NCBI RefSeq assembly: GCF_006345805.1
Contig: NC_043011.1
Location: 31,818,464-31,882,463 of the forward strand
Direction of reading: 5' to 3'
Source of the DNA: Octopus sinensis
Lineage: Eukaryota
DNA length: 64,000 bases
Shown: in pieces, positions 25,666 to 37,921 of the stretch
Numbering within the stretch: the first letter of the stretch is position 1
How the letters are laid out: each line of letters opens with the position of its first letter
Position numbers and translations under genes: made by a program
The notes under the pieces: generated by a model
What the model saw: only the letters and a program-made list of their open reading frames with translations
What the model was told of the DNA's origin: nothing
The model's database searches: none

Positions 25666-25885
25666 TAGAGTGGCGAGCTGGCAGAAATGTTAGCATGCCA
25701 TGCGAATTGCTTAGTGTTGCTTCGTCTGTCTTTACATTCTGTGTTCAAATTCCGCTGAGTTTGACTTTACCTTTCATCCTTTCGGAGGTCGATAAATTAA
25801 GTACCAGTTGTGTACTGGGGTTGATCTAATTGACTGGTCCCCTCCCTCCCGCCAAATTTCGGGTCTTGAGCCTAGAGTAGAAAAG
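25666..25885 (+). mobile_element. SINE family B with 17-bp TSD
   Basis: TSD AATATTTACATGCTAAG at 25649-25665 and 25886-25902. Confidence 0.85.
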
Positions 25886-27357
25886 AATATTTACATGCTA
25901 AGAGTAATGAGCTGGCAGAATTGTTAGCGCACTGGACAAAATGCCTCTGAACATTTTGTCCACATTCTGAGTTCAAATTCTGTTGAGGTCAACTATGCTT
26001 TTCATCCTTTGTGCGGTCAATAAAATAAATACCAGTCAAGTACTGGGGTCAATGTAAGCAACTTCCCCTTTCCTCAAAAACTGCTGGCCCTGTACTAAAA
26101 TTTGAAAGTGTTATTTATCACCCCATCTGCTTCAAGTTTCACTGTTCCAAAAACTAAAAAAGAAAAGAATGAATTATTTCACATTCTCATGAAGTTTCTT
26201 AATTTTTATGAAATCATGTTATATAAAATATTTGCTGTTGTTTTCATTTGCTGAAATTATTTGAAATTTTTACTGAGGAAACAATATAAATTTGGCCCTC
26301 TCTTCCTATGACTTTTGTTTCCGCATAATTTTCTGAAAAATGCGCATTTTTTTAAAGGAAATTTTGCAAGGATAGGTTCCTGAGTGTAAAGATTATGATT
26401 TTGTTGATAACATTAAAACAAAAAAAAATTTTTAAGGACGTTTGAATAATTTCGCCTAATCCCAGCTTTATTTTCTCATAACATTTGTTTTTTTTTAAAG
26501 ACATATTTTTAAATATGTTTTTGAGAGTAAAGTTTTCATAATGTTGATGGTTCAAAAAGAAATTTGAGCAGGAAAAAAAAAAAGAAGAAAGAGGTTAAAA
26601 ACAAACCAAGTTTACAGAAACTGATGCTAACAGAGGTTGGAGTGGGAGGAAGGAGGGTATTTCCTTCACCAAAAATTTTTCTATAAATTCAGCAAAATAA
26701 TAATCTACACACTCCGAAACACATTTCTGAAAATAGATAAATAAATAAATAAATAAATAAATATATAAATAAATAAACAAATAAATAAATAAAAAGGGTT
26801 ATGAAGAAACAATGTCAAAAATCGGGTGAGGGAGTGGGGAGAAACTTAAAACTCTTACCAGTTCTAGTCAAACCATCTAACCATCTAACCCATGCCAGCA
26901 TGGAAAGAGGATGTTAAGTGATGATGATGATGATGATGATGATGATGAGAAATATATATATGTGTGTGTGAATATATGTATATTATATATATATATGTGT
27001 GTATATATATGTGTGTGTATATATATATTTGTATATATATGTGTGTGTGTCTGTGTGTATATATATATGTATGTATATATATATGTATATATATATGTAT
27101 ATATATATATATGTGTGTGTGTTTGTGTATATATATATATGTATGTGTGTGTAAATGTATGTGAGTTTTTTTAGTGTTTACAAATAACATGGAAAAAATA
27201 TATAAATAGTTACCAGGGTAGCAAAAATTCACTCAAGTACCAAAGATGTAACAGCTTACTTATAAAGGTAGAACCTCCAGGTTTAGGTGAAACGTTTTGT
27301 ATAATATAGATAAATAAATAAATGGAGTTAAACACAAGTGTTATTCAAATCTTTTTA

Positions 27358-27445
27358 CTTCCGACATATGTTTCGAAGAAAACATTGGTATTATTCCAGA
27401 AGGAATAAAATGGTGTAAAACAAGACAATCTTCTCGTCAGGGAAA
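27358..27445 (-). ncRNA. Minimal type I hammerhead ribozyme with intact core
   Basis: UUUCC-CUGACGA-GAAGA..UCUUC-GAAA-C AUAU G-UC-GGAAG; GUC site, predicted cut between 27363 and 27362. Confidence 0.75.
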
Positions 27446-27724
27446 GAAAGAAACCAAACACATCAATAAGACATTTTAACAGAATGTGATGACTACGTAT
27501 ATGATGAAGGGAACGCTATCAAGAATTTTGTGTGTGTGTGTGTGTGTATGTATATATATATATATATATATATAGATGTGTGTATATATGTTTATATATA
27601 TATATATATATATATAGATGTGTGTATATATATGTTATATATATATATATATATATATATAGATGTGTGTGTGTGTGTATATATATATATGTTTATATAT
27701 ATATGTGTTTATATATATATATAT

Positions 27725-27954
27725 TTTTTCTTCATTACCCACAAGGGGCTAAATATAGAGGGGACAAACAAGGACAGACAAAGGGATTAAGTCGATTACA
27801 TCGACCCAGTGCGTAACTGTTACTTTATTTATCGATCCCGAAAGGATGAAAGGCAAAGTCGACCTCGGCGGAATTTGAACTCAGAACGTAACGGCAGACG
27901 AAATACGGCTACGCATTTCGCCCGGCGTGCTAATGTTTCTGCCAGCTCGCCGCC
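27725..27954 (-). mobile_element. SINE family B, young copy
   Basis: Full head to tail, CpGs retained. Confidence 0.85.
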
Positions 27955-29129
27955 TATATATATATAAATATTTCTTCATGGTGAATGCAGTGAATTTGCC
28001 ATCAGAAATTGAAATATGTCCCAAACATATTTTATCTGACCTAAACACTTTTATATTTAGCTTAATATACAAATATATATATACACACACATATATATAT
28101 ACACACATATATACACACATATATATATAATATACATATATTCACACACACATATATATTTCTCATCACCATCATCATCATCATCATCATCATCATCACT
28201 TAACATCCTCTTTCCATGCTGGCATGGGTTAGATGATTAGATGGTTTGACTAGAACTGTTAGAGCACCTAATACCACGTTACAAAAGCACATGATATAGA
28301 TATGTGTGCGTTTATGCACCATTCATCTATATAAGAACTCATATCTCTTGGTAAACAATGCAGTATTCAGTGCTCTAACAAAACATCCACGTTAAGTAGG
28401 ACATAAAGATTACTTTTTAGTATTAATGTTGCTTGTATCACAAATAATTTTAACTTGAAGTTCATTTATTCCTCATCACTGCTTAGAGAAGATATCATTG
28501 TATTTATTCCAGTTGGGCAGTCCACAAGCACAACTCACTTACTGATATATGACTGTTTTGAGATAAAGCTATGACTTTAGAATCTACTCGAGTTATCTCT
28601 CTTGGTATCTCTTGCTGCTGAAGGTTAAAGAACCAAAAACGTGCCAGGGAGTCCCCTAGGATGAGACATCGAACAGATATGGAATTTTTATGTTTAATAC
28701 TATAAGAGAGAATTTTTCTCCATGCTCATTGCAGAGAATTTGCCTGTAGTTAGAAGTTGAAAAAGGTTACATATTATAACTAACCTAAATTTCATTGGGT
28801 GCCACTTTGGTGTGTGATCTACAATTTAAAGGGAGATTACTTTATTTTACTTTTTCATTTACTTTGTGTTAGTGCTACTTTGCAGTGTGATCTATGTGAG
28901 CAAATTTACATTGGTGGGTGATCTATTTTTATTCTTGGTTTCTTCTTATTTACTAAAACATAAATGAAACATGGTTTTCTTATGATTAGAATACTAAGAA
29001 TTTTGTAAAAATACATTTACAGTGCTAAGTATGTCCAGCAATAATCTCCCTTGTAGATCACATGCCAAAGTGACTCTATTTGATTCCTCATTACTTAGTG
29101 CCAAAACGATTGTATATATATATATATAA

Positions 29130-29297
29130 GCCGCAGGAGTGGTTGTGTGGTAAGTAGCTTGCTTACGAACCACATAGTTCAATCCGGGTTCAGTCCCACT
29201 GCATGGCACCTTGGGCAAGTGTCTTCTAGTATAGCCTCGGGCCAACCAAAGCCTTGTGAGTGGATTTGGTAGACGGAAACTGAAAGAAGCCCGTCGT
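29130..29297 (+). mobile_element. SINE family A 5' half
   Basis: Head and CORE-like segment ending in a microsatellite. Confidence 0.85.
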
Positions 29298-29314
29298 ATA
29301 TATGTGTATGTTTG

Positions 29315-29373
<59 letters not shown>

Positions 29374-29512
29374 CATACATATGCATATATACATACATAT
29401 ATATATATACACATACATATACATATATACACATACATGTACATATATACACATACATGTACATATATACACATACATGTACATATATACACATACATAT
29501 ACATATATATAT

Positions 29513-29550
<38 letters not shown>

Positions 29551-29937
29551 CTCTTTTACTTGTTTCAGTCATTTGACTGCAGCCATGCTGGAGTACCGCC
29601 TTTAGTCAAGCAAATCGACCCCGGGACTTATTCTTTGTAAGCCCAGTACTTATTCAATCGGTCTCTTTTGCCGAACCGCTAAGTGACAGGGACGTAAACA
29701 CATCAGCATCGGTTGTCAAGCAATGCTAGGGAGACAAACACACACATACATATATATATATATATACATATATACAACAGGCTTCTTTCAGTTTCCGTCT
29801 ACCAAATCCACTCACAAGGCATTGGTCGGCCCGGGGCTATAGCAAAAGACACTTGCCCAAGATGCCACGCAGTGGGACTGAACCCAGAACCAAGTGGTTG
29901 GTTAGCAAGCTACTTACCACACAGCCACTCCTGCGCC
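29551..29937 (-). mobile_element. SINE family A full copy
   Basis: Complete reverse copy. Confidence 0.85.
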
Positions 29938-29988
29938 TATTATATTATTGCAAAGGGAGGTCATCCTCCCTCGAAAACCTAAGTGATA

Positions 29989-30033
29989 CATACGGACTAT
30001 AGTTTCAAGGTTTTTGCCTCTCGTCAACATATG
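29989..30033 (-). ncRNA. Minimal type I hammerhead (copy 1)
   Basis: CAUAUG-UUGACGA-GAGG CAAAAA CCUU-GAAA-C UAUA G-UC-CGUAUG. Confidence 0.7.
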
Positions 30034-30340
30034 GTAAACACCGGTTTTCGATGAAGGAGACCTTTGCAAATAATATTTAATGTTTTTCCCAGCAACCACA
30101 GTCACTGATTTAGAAAAACTGTCTGAAAGCATTAATAAATCTCCGAACAAGATGTAAACAGTAACCGCTCGACAACGTAAAGTGTACTAGCCATCTGAAT
30201 GTGGCTAGCCACTGAGGGTGGGTGTTACTGACGCTTTTAGCCCCAGGAGATCGACGTCTCCAGCTGGCCTTAGACACAATTTCTGTGCCCTTGTGATATT
30301 TGCAAAGGGAGGTCATCCTCCCTCGAAAACCTAAGTGATA

Positions 30341-30385
30341 CATACGGACTATTGTTTCAAGGTTTTTGCCTCTCGTCAACGTATG
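30341..30385 (-). ncRNA. Minimal type I hammerhead (copy 2)
   Basis: CAUACG-UUGACGA-GAGG CAAAAA CCUU-GAAA-C AAUA G-UC-CGUAUG; perfect 6-bp stem I. Confidence 0.7.
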
Positions 30386-30679
30386 GTAAACACGATATAT
30401 ATATCATTATCATTGGCATTAATTCGTGTCTGAGTAGTTAACCTGTAGTAAGTGATTGAGCCACTTTATGGGAGCCTGAGGCCAAGGGTATAGAAGAGCC
30501 AGGGGCATTTATTGCAGGAGAGGGTAGGTGGGGGTACAAGGACGTGTGAGTTGCTCTTTGTCCTGTAGCAGTGCTCAGTAAAACAGTATGTTCTGGCTCT
30601 GACCACCTCTGATATTGAGGTAAGGCCCCTGTAGAGGTTTTTATCAGTCCCCCTCCATTGCCATTCAATATTCACTCAC

Positions 30680-30890
30680 AGGAGCCAACATAAAACAAGT
30701 CAAAAACTTCAAATATCTTAGTGCATGGTTATCCTCATAAGAGAGAGAACTCAAGACAAGAAAGTGCCAGGCCTGGAATGCCATCACCAAACTAGAGAGG
30801 ATTTGGATGTCATCGTGCTCAAAAAAAAACAAAACATCATGTTCTTCAAAGGAGCGGTTGAAAATGTGTTACTTTACGAGTCTGAAACTT
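30680..30890 (+). mobile_element. RTE-like LINE ORF fragment
   Basis: QVKNFKYLSAW..ELKTRK..FFKGAVENVLLYESET. Confidence 0.65.
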
Positions 30891-31425
30891 CTGTTTCATT
30901 GTCATACTTTGCTTCAGAAATTGAATTATCTTTTACTTGTTTCAGTCATTAGACTGCAACCATGCTGGGGTACCGCCTTAAAGAATTTCCAGTCAAACGG
31001 ATTGACCCCAGTATTTATTTCTTGCTAAGCCTGGTGCTTATTCTACCACTCTCTTTTTGCCAAACCGCTAGGTTATTGGGATGTCAGCACCTCAACACCA
31101 GTTGTCAATGGATGGTGGAGGACAAGCACTGACACACACACACACACACAAGTTTCTTTCAGTTTCCATCTACCAAATTCACTCACAAGGCTTTGGTTGG
31201 TCTGAAACAAGTAGAAGGCACTTGCCCAAGGTGCCACACAGTGGGACTGAACCTGGAACCATGTGGCTGGGAAGCAAGCTTCTTCCCCACACGGCCACTC
31301 CTACACCTATAAATAAAAGTTCTTTTGTGTTTTTTTTTTCCCACATATGTGTAATGCTATCATATATAAATTCTATACAAGCCATGCATTGTCAGTTAAT
31401 TTTAAATATTTTTGTTTTATTATTT

Positions 31426-31429
<4 letters not shown>

Positions 31430-31460
<31 letters not shown>

Positions 31461-31776
31461 AATTATTGTATACAGTGTTCAGGTGCACCACAACTTGTCA
31501 AAAGTGCGTATAAAGTATATGCAGTAATGTCTGGAAAGCGAACAGTGTATGAGTCAGATACATGCTTGCGTGTGTATGGAGGGGAGAAAATCAGGTGTAG
31601 TTAGTGTTGGCGAATCTCAGGAAGCATGGAAATTTTGAAGGATGCAGTGCTCCGACAACTAACAACTGATGCTAGCAGTCTGTTCCATGCTTCAGCAACT
31701 CTTAGAGTGAAAAAATGTTTCTGAAAGTCATGGGAGCTGTGCTGTTTTCTGACTTTGTAAACATGTCCACGGGTGT
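31430..31776 (-). mobile_element. CR1-clade LINE 3' end
   Basis: Reverse complement of the 20430-20795 family. Confidence 0.8.
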
Positions 31777-32077
31777 ACATTTTAATTGTTTATAGTATTT
31801 AGATAAAATGTGACTTTTCCCCAGCAATTTTTGTTCCAGATACTGCTGAAGCACTCATTGATCAACGCTAGGTTACTTTGTTTAAAACACGAAGGGACGC
31901 AACTCGAGACGCTAGTTCAAACAACAAGACACATGACAAGCTTCTGAATAGTTTCCGTCTTAGCATTAGCAGTCAGAAGCAAGAGTAGAAATCGCATGCC
32001 AAAGGTACCGCGCAGTGATTTCGAACATGGAACTACTTGATTAGATTGTGAACTTTATATAATATAATAATAATAAT

Positions 32078-32108
<31 letters not shown>

Positions 32109-32461
32109 TGAAATTATTGTATACAGTGCTCAGGTGCACCACAAGACAATACGATTATGTTTGCATCTTTATAAGAAAATTATAATTACTTCTAGCATAG
32201 GTACTAACCCCTCAAATTTAAGAGGGTGAGGGATAGTCAATTAGATCGATCTTTGAAAGGGATTTGAACTGAGATTATTAAGAGTGAGAGCAAATAATGA
32301 GAAAACATTTTGTGCAATATTCCGACGATAACAATTCTACCGACTTAGTATTGAAGCGTATGACTTTCTTTGTAGCTGTTGAAATAGATAAATATAGGTT
32401 CTTCAGTGGCGTATGGTGGTTGTTGACATTGGGTGTGCTGCTGCACTGACCAAGGACGTTA

Positions 32462-32593
32462 TATAGACCTCCTTGACTCAAGTTAGAGATGGGGTGCGTA
32501 TTATACACAAGGTTTAGGTTTTTCAGAGGTACAGCCCCCTAAAAATCCCCTCCGTATTATACTCAAGGGCGGACTATACTCGAGGATTTACGG
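32462..32593. mobile_element. Tc2/pogo-type DNA transposon end
   Basis: Ends TATACTCGAGGATTTACGG (CCGTA-type TIR) with repeated GCGTATTATAC subterminal motifs. Confidence 0.5.
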
Positions 32594-33547
32594 TGCTTTT
32601 TTCAGTTGAAAGTAAACCAAAGTCACTTAGTTTTAGTTTAGGAATTTTATATTAATTTAAACGTACAACTTCGTCACAACAGCAAATAATTATCATTACA
32701 CCAGCTGACTCCAACATATCATCAATAATAATGTTTACCTAATCAAACTCTACCGTTACAATTGATAACTACACCAAAATTAAAATCTTTGCCGTTACAA
32801 TTGGTGACCCTCGAACAAGAGCATTGCAGCTTTCCTAAGGACCTATCGTTACACTTAGTTTTAGTTTGGGAATTTTATATTTAATTTATTGTACAACTTC
32901 TCGTCACGAAAACGAACATGCGACCGCGCTGTCAAAGCTATCGCATACCATTCGCCATTAACTTTTTGCCATTCTCTCGTTGTCCTACGAGACGCCTGGT
33001 ACCATATTATGATACAATGCGCTGTGCAGTGTTATTTCAGGACACTCGCCACCAAATTTCAAGCAGGAGTACAACAAAAGTTTTCCGTTATGCTTTGTGA
33101 TTGAATTAACGAGTAAGGTTAATATTTATAATGAATTTGCTATATTCGACGGGTGTGCAGCGCACGGAATATACGCCCGTGGTTTCTGTAAACTAGTGGC
33201 AAATAATCTGAACTTTACGAGAGAAGAACAAGAGTTGCTATGTCTTTTCCGAAAGCCTTCAAAACGTTAGTGAAAATAGTATCGGAGACAACTGAAATCA
33301 TTGTCTCAAAGCTCGGCTTCTCTAGAAAGTTCTATTCGTTTTTCTTGTTATTTTGCACGAAATCAGCTTTGATCTGATCAACCGTCAGCTATCACTTTTC
33401 TTTCTTTACTTTTTTTTTTGTTTTAGAAAAAAAGAAGAAAATAAATTATATAATCTATTCTGGGCAAGACTGTATAAGCTATCTTTTGTTGAAGATTGGC
33501 TGATATTTCTAGCGTGTCGAAAATTCCTTCGCTCGTACTTCTTAAAA

Positions 33548-33844
33548 CAGTGGTTCCCAAAGTGGGCGATATTGCTCCCCCCTCGGGGGTGGGGGGTGAA
33601 GTGAATGTTCCAAGGGGGTATTGAAGAAAAATGGAGTGATAATGGAGTAGTGATTCATGTAAAAAGTGGGGCAAAAAAGGGGTAACAATTCATATAAAAA
33701 CAACAAAATAAGTTACGTTTCATTTGTTAAATACAGTTGCTTTGAATTCGTTTCAGAAAAAGGTCTGGTTAGATGGGGTGAGGGTGCTAGAAATGTGGCT
33801 TGGGTGTCAAGGGGCGGCAGTCTCCAAAAGTTTGAGAACCACCG
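33548..33844. mobile_element. hAT (Charlie-like) MITE, 297 bp
   Basis: TIR CAGTGGTTCCCAAA / TTTGAGAACCACCG; 8-bp TSD TCTTAAAA / TCTTAGAA. Confidence 0.8.
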
Positions 33845-35760
33845 TCTTAGAATAACGATCGCTTATGAATAAGGCGGCGTGCTGGCAGACTCATTAGTGT
33901 ATCGGACAAAATGCTTAGCGGCATTTCTTCTGGCTCTTTATGTTTGCAGTTCAAATCCAGCCGAGGTCAACTTTGCCTTTCATCCCTTTCGAGAACGATA
34001 AAGTAGGCACCTGTTGGGTACAGAGGTCGATTTAATCGACTACTTCCTTCCACCGAAATTCCAGGCCTTGTGCCAATATTAGAAAGGATTTATGAATGTA
34101 AGTAAAACAAAAGTAAGTTGCCTCTCCTGCTATACCACTTAACATAGCTTACTTTAAAAAATAGGAGGAGATTGAAAGTGCGCGATGTCTCTGCTTTCCT
34201 CAAACGTATTAAGCAAATTTTGTAAAATTATTTTGATGAGAAATGATAATCGACAATCACTGCCCTTTTGTCTTCTCTACAAACTGTCTTGCCACTGAAG
34301 ACTAATTCTATAAATTTGCAAAGCCATATTCCTGACAATCATGTCTAATATTTATTTCTTGGTCTTCTATTTATATTTTCTTCCCAGCTATCATCCTTTT
34401 GGGGTTGATGAATTAAGTAGCAGTTGCGTACTGGGGTAGATCTAATCAACTGGCCCTTCCACCCCCACCCCCGATTTCGGGCATTGTGCTTAGAGTAGAA
34501 ACGTATATATTCTTCCCAGGTTGCTTTAGGTTTCGGTAAAGTCATTTGAGGTTGACAACTGTCGAACAATAAAGAATATGTTTAATGCATATAAAACACG
34601 AGAAAGTTAAAAAATACGTGACACTTCGTCTTTGAGTGTTCAAATAATTTATTTCTAGGCGTTATTTATCTATTTTTCTTTGTTTGTTTGTTTCTTTTTT
34701 TTTTCGTTCAAAATTTCACTGTGAACAGAGAATTCTTGGTATTCTTGCGAAGGTCGTAATGTAAGGGGAGGTAACTTGCTTTTGAATTGTCAATTACATC
34801 CCCTTTACACATTTTGATATTTGTCGCCTCAGAACCTGAAAAATTTTTGATATATCCCGTAAAGTATCGTGACAGTAACTTATCAATTGGATAAAAAATA
34901 TAATTGTATCCATTAAAATTGCTTTTGTTTAATTTAGTTCAGCCTAAAATCATTCTGCTATTTTAATTTTTTTATACATCCCCTAGAGCCAAAAATGATT
35001 TCAATAAATAAAGAATTTATGTTGTAATGTTATTTGATATACCTATATTTGTCTATGTCATTATCATTTGTTTTTAGTACACATTTTTTCTTTCAAACTG
35101 ATAGGTTTCATAAAGTCTGCACATTAGAGCAAAACTATGAAGAATTATGGTATTAATTCATCGAAAGGCGACTTCAAATTTACCAACAGTTAAAATGTAT
35201 CATATACTTAACTAATAGCGCAATATTTTACAGAGAGAATCAAGTTTTTGCTTTTATATTTCACTATAGAAATTGACGAAATGTTTCTTTAGTGGTTGTT
35301 AAGTTAACATGAAGAGAACATGACTAGAGGTTCAATGGAAAAAGTTGTAAGCATGATTATCAAATATTGTGTCTTGTTTAGTCATAAAGCCAGCACAAAT
35401 TTTGAGAGGAAGAGGCTAGTCGATTACAACCATACCAGTACTTGGTTGGTATCTGATTTTATTTATTCTAGAGGGATGAAATGCAACGCCAACCTCTGCA
35501 GGATTTGGACATAAAGTACCAGATGTAGTACCCAAATGGCAATTACAACCAGCTTCACTTGAGAAGGGGAGATAATCCCAAGAAACAAGGGTTTTCCAAC
35601 ATTGACGCGCTATGAAGGGAAAAGAACTGTGTTATTGTCTGGAGATAAAAGGACAACTGTGGACGCGTATTTCTGGTTCAGTAGTTGTCGCTAATGCAAC
35701 AATTGTCTAACCTTAAAGAGTAAACAGACGTTTATGTACTACGTAATTTACATAAGTTTT

Positions 35761-36163
35761 GGATCTTTTCGATTTGAACGGCAGTTTTTAAAAATAATTT
35801 CCACGTAACTAAACACTTTTAAACTTCGTATACTGGTAGAATGTGTTTATAAAACATCTTTTTTCTCTTGGCTTTATTGAGAAAATTCTATAGTTTGTAA
35901 GATATTTGTTGTTGTTTTTCTTCAATTTCTGCAATTTCAACCAATCAATTGAGGTAAAAAACACTCTGTGCTATATGAATATGTCCCTCGTTTAAGAAAC
36001 AGATTGGGTTTATTTACATTTGTGAAGAAAAAAAGATACCCTTCCTCCACCCCTAACCCTAAAACAGATTGAAATGCAATAGATCGATACTAGGGTCATA
36101 ATTATGGGTGACAATTTCATATGACACCACTAGAAAAAACTGCCATTCAAACCGAAAAGATCC
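35761..36163. mobile_element. MITE, 403 bp, GG-starting TIR and 8-bp TSD (Merlin-like)
   Basis: TIR GGATCTTTTCG(A/G)TTTGAA(C/T)GGCAGTTTTT; perfect TSD TAAGTTTT (35753-35760, 36164-36171). Confidence 0.85.
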
Positions 36164-37084
36164 TAAGTTTTTTTAAAAAAAAGAAAGAGCTAAGAGAAAT
36201 AACTCAGCGTGGCTGGTGGTATGTATTTGATCAACTCAGGTATATCAAATAACGTACAACACAAATTCTTCATTTAGTAACATAATTTCCACCTGGGGAG
36301 AAAGCACCATAATTACCAACTGACAAGTTAGACCAGTTCTATATGAAAAGGGGAGACAATCTTAAGAATCAAGAATTCTCCAAAGTTAACTTACCATTAA
36401 AGGAAAGGACGAGCTTATTGTAGACACATATTTCTGGCTCTGTAATCATCATCAGCATATTTTCTTAATAGTGTATCAGTTTTAGAGAAATCGCGATTCT
36501 TGCGATTATCACCCCTTCTCAAGTGGAACTGGTCATAATTCCAATTTGGTAATCATAGAGGTGGATTTACCTTTAACAAATCAAGAATTTATGTTGTATG
36601 CTATTTGATATACCTGTATTATTTCAGTATAGTGCTACTGGTTACTCTATGTTATTTCTTTTGAAACATCTATCATAGGTCAATTTGAACAGAACTGACT
36701 TGGGCTAAACAACATCATGAATTCATTGATGATGACTACAGAAACCATTCACTGCTATGGAACATACAAAAAAAGAAAAAAGCAGAATGATTATTTACAA
36801 ATTGTAAAATATATAATCCAATGATGAGGTCCTATTAAAACTGAAACATATTGAGAGTTGTCTCCCATTCTTTAAGTAATAAGTCAAATAATATTGAACA
36901 TTGATGAATATTGTTTTCCTGTTCATAGTGTGATTAGTTCTACCTATCCACAATGAGCCACTAGGACAGACTACTTGGATCCGCCTCTCATTCATCTGTA
37001 AATTCAGATTATAAACTTTCAGGAAATCTCTCAATTTTTGCTTACCTGATTTTCTTGCTTAATTTTATATATCCTTTTATGCTT

Positions 37085-37488
37085 TTATCTGTTTCAGTCA
37101 TTTGACTGCAGCCATGCTGGAGCACTGCCTTTAATTGAACAAATCGACCTCAGGACTTATTCTTTGCAAGCTCAGCACTTATTGTATCGGTCTCTTTTGC
37201 CGAACCGCCAAGTTACGGGGAACATAAACACACCACCATCAGTTATCAAGCGATGGTGGGACGACAAACACAGACACACAAACATAAACACACATACACA
37301 CACTCTATATATATATATTTATATATCAGATGGGCTTCTTTCAGTTTCCATCTACCAAATCCACTCACAAGGCTTTGGTCGGCCCGAGGCTATAGTAGAA
37401 GGCACTTGCCCAAAGTGCCATGCAGTGGGACTGAACCTGGAATCATGTGGTTGGTAAGCAAGCTACTTACCGCATAGCAACTCCTGCA
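37085..37488 (-). mobile_element. SINE family A copy
   Basis: Complete reverse copy. Confidence 0.85.
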
Positions 37489-37921
37489 CTTTTATGTATA
37501 TATGTGTGTATGTGTGTGTATATATATATATATATATAAATTAATAAATAAAATAAAACATATGCATATATACATACATACATATATGTACGTACCTACC
37601 TCTACATGTATATATACATGCATATATGGGTACAGGACACCAAAAAAACGTCAAACACGATGAGAAACGAAAAGAAACACAAAAGCAAGGAAATGGACAT
37701 TTTTCTTAAACAACGTAAAAATAGAGTACAGGACATACAATACAAGGAAAATTCCCCTTCTTCAGTCGCCTTTGTTTCATCTACTCCACGTTTCGAAGGT
37801 CAAGGCGAGATATGACTTTAATGAAACATTCCTTCCCGCGAAAAGCAAATTAAATAAAATTTGAGATTTTTTTGCAGAGGGGTGAAAATGGTAACAAAAA
37901 CAGGACAGTAACCTATACATA

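Larger units (their letters stand above)
29948..30393 (-). mobile_element. Candidate non-LTR retrozyme: 352-nt unit bounded by two hammerheads
   Basis: 94-bp direct repeats (29948-30041, 30300-30393; 2 differences), each containing a hammerhead motif. TA-rich flanks, no long ORF. Confidence 0.75.

Noticed and set aside
30200-30330. HDV-like or twister ribozyme inside the 352-nt unit
   Set aside because: Only simple hairpins were found; I could not trace the required pseudoknots.
37740-37845. Possible hammerhead pieces (CUGAAGA-GGGGAA/UUCCUU and GAAGG/CCUUC-GAAAC)
   Set aside because: The core halves cannot be assembled into one consistent fold.
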